A DNA stretch of 64,000 bases from Phaeosaccion multiseriatum (Eukaryota > Protista > Ochrophyta, other classes). This document shows positions 61,401 through 64,000 of the stretch, in pieces. Under the pieces are notes generated by a model, which ran no database searches, had not been told where the DNA came from, and saw only the letters and a program-made list of their open reading frames with translations. The translations under genes were made by a program, and so were the position numbers. The stretch spans positions 496,001 through 560,000 of the forward strand of contig OZ218955.1 of NCBI GenBank assembly GCA_965112735.1. Reading direction: 5' to 3'. The stretch's first letter is position 1. Each line of letters opens with the position of its first letter.

Positions 61401-63332
61401 GGTGCAGCCTCCGTTCCGCTTTGTTCTCAAACATATGGTCGCGGTGGCGTGGCGGATACGTTTCAAGACGTTTCGTCCTCTTGCCTTCCTCCTTCCTGAC
61501 CCCCCCCTTCCTCCCCCCTCTCCTTCCCCACCCTCCCCAGGAGCTCTTCCTCATGCAACAAGAGGAGCAGCAGCAGCAACAGCAGCAGCAGGAGCAGAGC
61601 AAGCGAAGGGCCAAGAAGCCCAAGCTGGGTATGTCCGACAGCTTTGCCGTGCTCAGCAAGAGCCCCTACCTGCGCTGTCTTGCTGTATTGGTGCTCGGCT
61701 ATGGCCTCAGCATCAACCTAACTGAGGTAAGACTTACGGTTACGTGCGGTTACAAGTTTGACTAGTTTGAATTCCAAGTTCGAACACAGTTCAGTTTCAT
61801 TTCAGTTTCAGTTCACAGTGAGCCGAAACCTCCCCCTCCTCCTCCCTCCTGATTCACCAACTGCTGCAGGTGATGTGGAAGAGCATGCTCCGTCTGCAAT
61901 ACCCCAACGCTGTGGATTACCAACGCTTCATGGGCGGTTACAGCAGCATCGTCGGGCTCGTCACATTCACCGTCATCTTTGCAGGTAACACCCGACAACT
62001 TGGACCCAAAAGAGGGAGGGAGGGAGGGAGGGAGGGAGGGAACGAGGCTATAGCGTTTACCCCCACACCCCATACCGTACAGCTCATACCCCATAACCTA
62101 CGCCCCTCCTACACTATAGCTCGCGGATAGGCGCCACGCTTGTATGTGTTTCATAGTCAATGAATCGATGCCCTTCGACAACGAAGGAAGGAAGGGGTCA
62201 TCATGGTCGAGTTATCTCCCCACCTCCCCCAGGGAGTCACTCGTCCACTCACTCCGTACCGCTCTCCCTATCCCTCTCCTTGGCGCAACCCCCCCCCCCC
62301 CACCCCCACAGGCAGCAACATCATCAAGCATATGGGCTGGGAGGTGGGGGCGCTAGCGACACCCGTGATGATGGCTGTGCTTGCCCTGCCTGTGTTCGCC
62401 ACCGTCATTGGAGGGGCTGTGACGGCGGGAGGGGCGGCGGCGCTAAAGGTAAGGCAGGGGAGGGGAGGGGAGGGGCAGGGGAGGGGAGGGAAGAGGCATA
62501 CAGGAAGGATTTTTCGAGGCGTACGAAGAGGATGTTAGAGGCATGTGCCCGTCCGCCCCTTCCCATACGCTTCTATTCTTACCCCCCCCCTTCGTTTACA
62601 GATGGCGGTGATGGTCGGAGCTGCGCAGAGCATCCTCAGCAAGGCCACCAAGTACGCTCTCTTCGACCCCACCACGCAGATGGCCTATATTCCTCTAGAT
62701 GAGGAGTCCAAGGTCAAGGGCAAGGCGGTGAGTCGTCTGCCCAGGGCGGTCGGGGCTGCTGTATCACCAACTGCTCCGTGTCGCACGTAGCGAGCTTTTG
62801 TCGCTTCTCTTCACTTTTCACCGGGCCCACCAGAAGTCACGTTCTTCTTTCCCCCTTTCCAAACACACACGCCTACACATGGTTGTACTGGCACACACGA
62901 TGACACACGGTTCTTCGCCACCCCTCCACTAATGACTCACACCCAATCTTCAATCTTCACTTGCACACACACACACGTCAGGCTATCGACGGCCTGGGCT
63001 CGCGCGTGGGCAAGTCCGGTGGCGCTCTGATTCAGCAGGGCCTCGTGCTGTGCTTCGGCGGCATCCTGCAGGCCGCCCCCGCGCTGGCGGCAATCTTCTA
63101 TGGCGTCATTGGGGCGTGGGTGGTGAGCGCCAGGAGACTCGCGGTCATGTTTCGCGCGGCCACCGAAGACGCTTCTGCTGCTTCGACCGCGGCTGCTGCC
63201 GGTAGTGGTGGTGGTGATGGTTCCTCGTTGGGGTCAGGCTTTGCCGAGCCTAGGCAGGAGGATCAGGAGCAACAGGTGACAGCTGCGGGGGGGGGGGCCT
63301 CTGGCTCCTCGGGCAGTCCTGCCACCTGCTAG
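58412..63332 (+). CDS. Plastid-type ATP/ADP translocase (TLC/NTT family nucleotide transporter), ~10 exons
   Basis: KFLALG..FFIIFVLTLTRDLKDTLIVT..GAESISFLKVYGVLP; FYIMAELYSSV...[67 protein letters not shown]; leader ..VSG|F. Confidence 0.95.
59163..59521. repeat. (CCT)n-rich microsatellite in NTT intron 1
   Basis: Read directly; explains the spurious polyL/polyP/polyR/polyE ORFs here. Confidence 0.95.
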
Positions 63333-63442
63333 AATAGATTAAACCCTTCGGGTAACCAGTCCTGCCACCTGCTAGAATAGATTAAACCCTTCGGGTAACC
63401 AGTCCTGCCACCTGCTAGAGTAGATTAAGCCCTTCGGGTAAC
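63314..63442. repeat. 43-bp tandem repeat x3 containing the NTT stop codon
   Basis: Unit CAGTCCTGCCACCTGCTAGAATAGATTAAACCCTTCGGGTAAC; third copy has variants. Confidence 0.93.
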
Positions 63443-64000
63443 CGAGCAGCGACCCAAAGGCGGGGCGGCTGGTGGTGTCAGCACCGACCCCCCCAGCCCT
63501 CCAGCATCCGTGGCATAGCGGTGTACTGGAGCTATTGGAAGCACTCGCTTTCTTCGCAAAAAAACCATGTACTTCGTAGTACTTCGTAGTAATTTATTTT
63601 TAGAATTAAATAGAGCCATGCATAGAGAATACACTGCACATTTTCCTTCGAGTATTGTCTTGTTTGAGGCAGTGGCATGAGTGGGCGTGCGATGGGTATA
63701 AGCAGGTGCCCGATGTAGACAGAAGGCACGCGCTGCCAGCAGATGGTGAGGGCGAGCAGGGCTTGGAAGGGGGCTTTCACCCGAGCAGGCAGCCCAGTAG
63801 GTGATTCACCAGGGCACACATACAGCGCTCTTAATCAACCCACCAAGGAAAATTTACGAATATACGTACGATTGAAGTGCGTGAGTTGTGTGTCCAATCT
63901 GTGACCCCAGGTCGTGTCCGCAACGGGAGGAGAGAAAAAAAGAAAAAATGAACAATTATAATTGCTTTCTCCTCGTTCTCTCTTTCCACCTCTTCCCCCT

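Noticed and set aside
1-64000. tRNA, rRNA or snRNA genes
   Set aside because: None recognised by eye; a tRNAscan-SE/Infernal run would be needed to exclude them

Overview
Gene-dense, GC-rich, intron-rich eukaryotic nuclear DNA, most likely from a photosynthetic stramenopile (ochrophyte). The evidence is a nucleus-encoded PsbW and a TLC/NTT nucleotide transporter with signal peptide + Phe bipartite plastid-targeting leaders. Gene models were spliced by hand. In order they are: a partial low-complexity gene, PSMG2/PAC2, PsbW, a small membrane protein, a GPI-type Pro/Thr-rich surface protein, a tandem CCCH zinc-finger protein, an ankyrin protein, a catalytically degenerate SNF2 (ERCC6L2-like) N-lobe protein, a large low-complexity protein, DNA polymerase kappa, MSH5, a small zinc-ribbon protein, ZWILCH and a plastid ATP/ADP translocase. 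The most unusual region is 31.4-41.6 kb, a ~4.6-kb tandem segmental duplication (FNIP-like repeat gene + ankyrin gene + MSH5 5' end) that has decayed reciprocally. Copy 1 keeps the ankyrin ORF and lost MSH5. Copy 2 keeps MSH5, and its ankyrin gene became a pseudogene containing a ~200-bp fold-back hairpin, a candidate siRNA source against its intact paralog. The FNIP-like paralogs differ mainly by amino-acid replacements in their C-terminal half. The spacer between the copies is a fragment of an MRH-domain gene interrupted by a TGT...ACA nested-palindrome element with a 4-bp TSD. Other notable signals are a dispersed ~17-bp motif (GCAGTTGGTGATACAGC) found about 10 times in exons (several frames), introns and intergenic DNA, and two homologous neighbouring introns around an 11-nt micro-exon in POLK. 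All family assignments are from recalled motifs; no database search was run.
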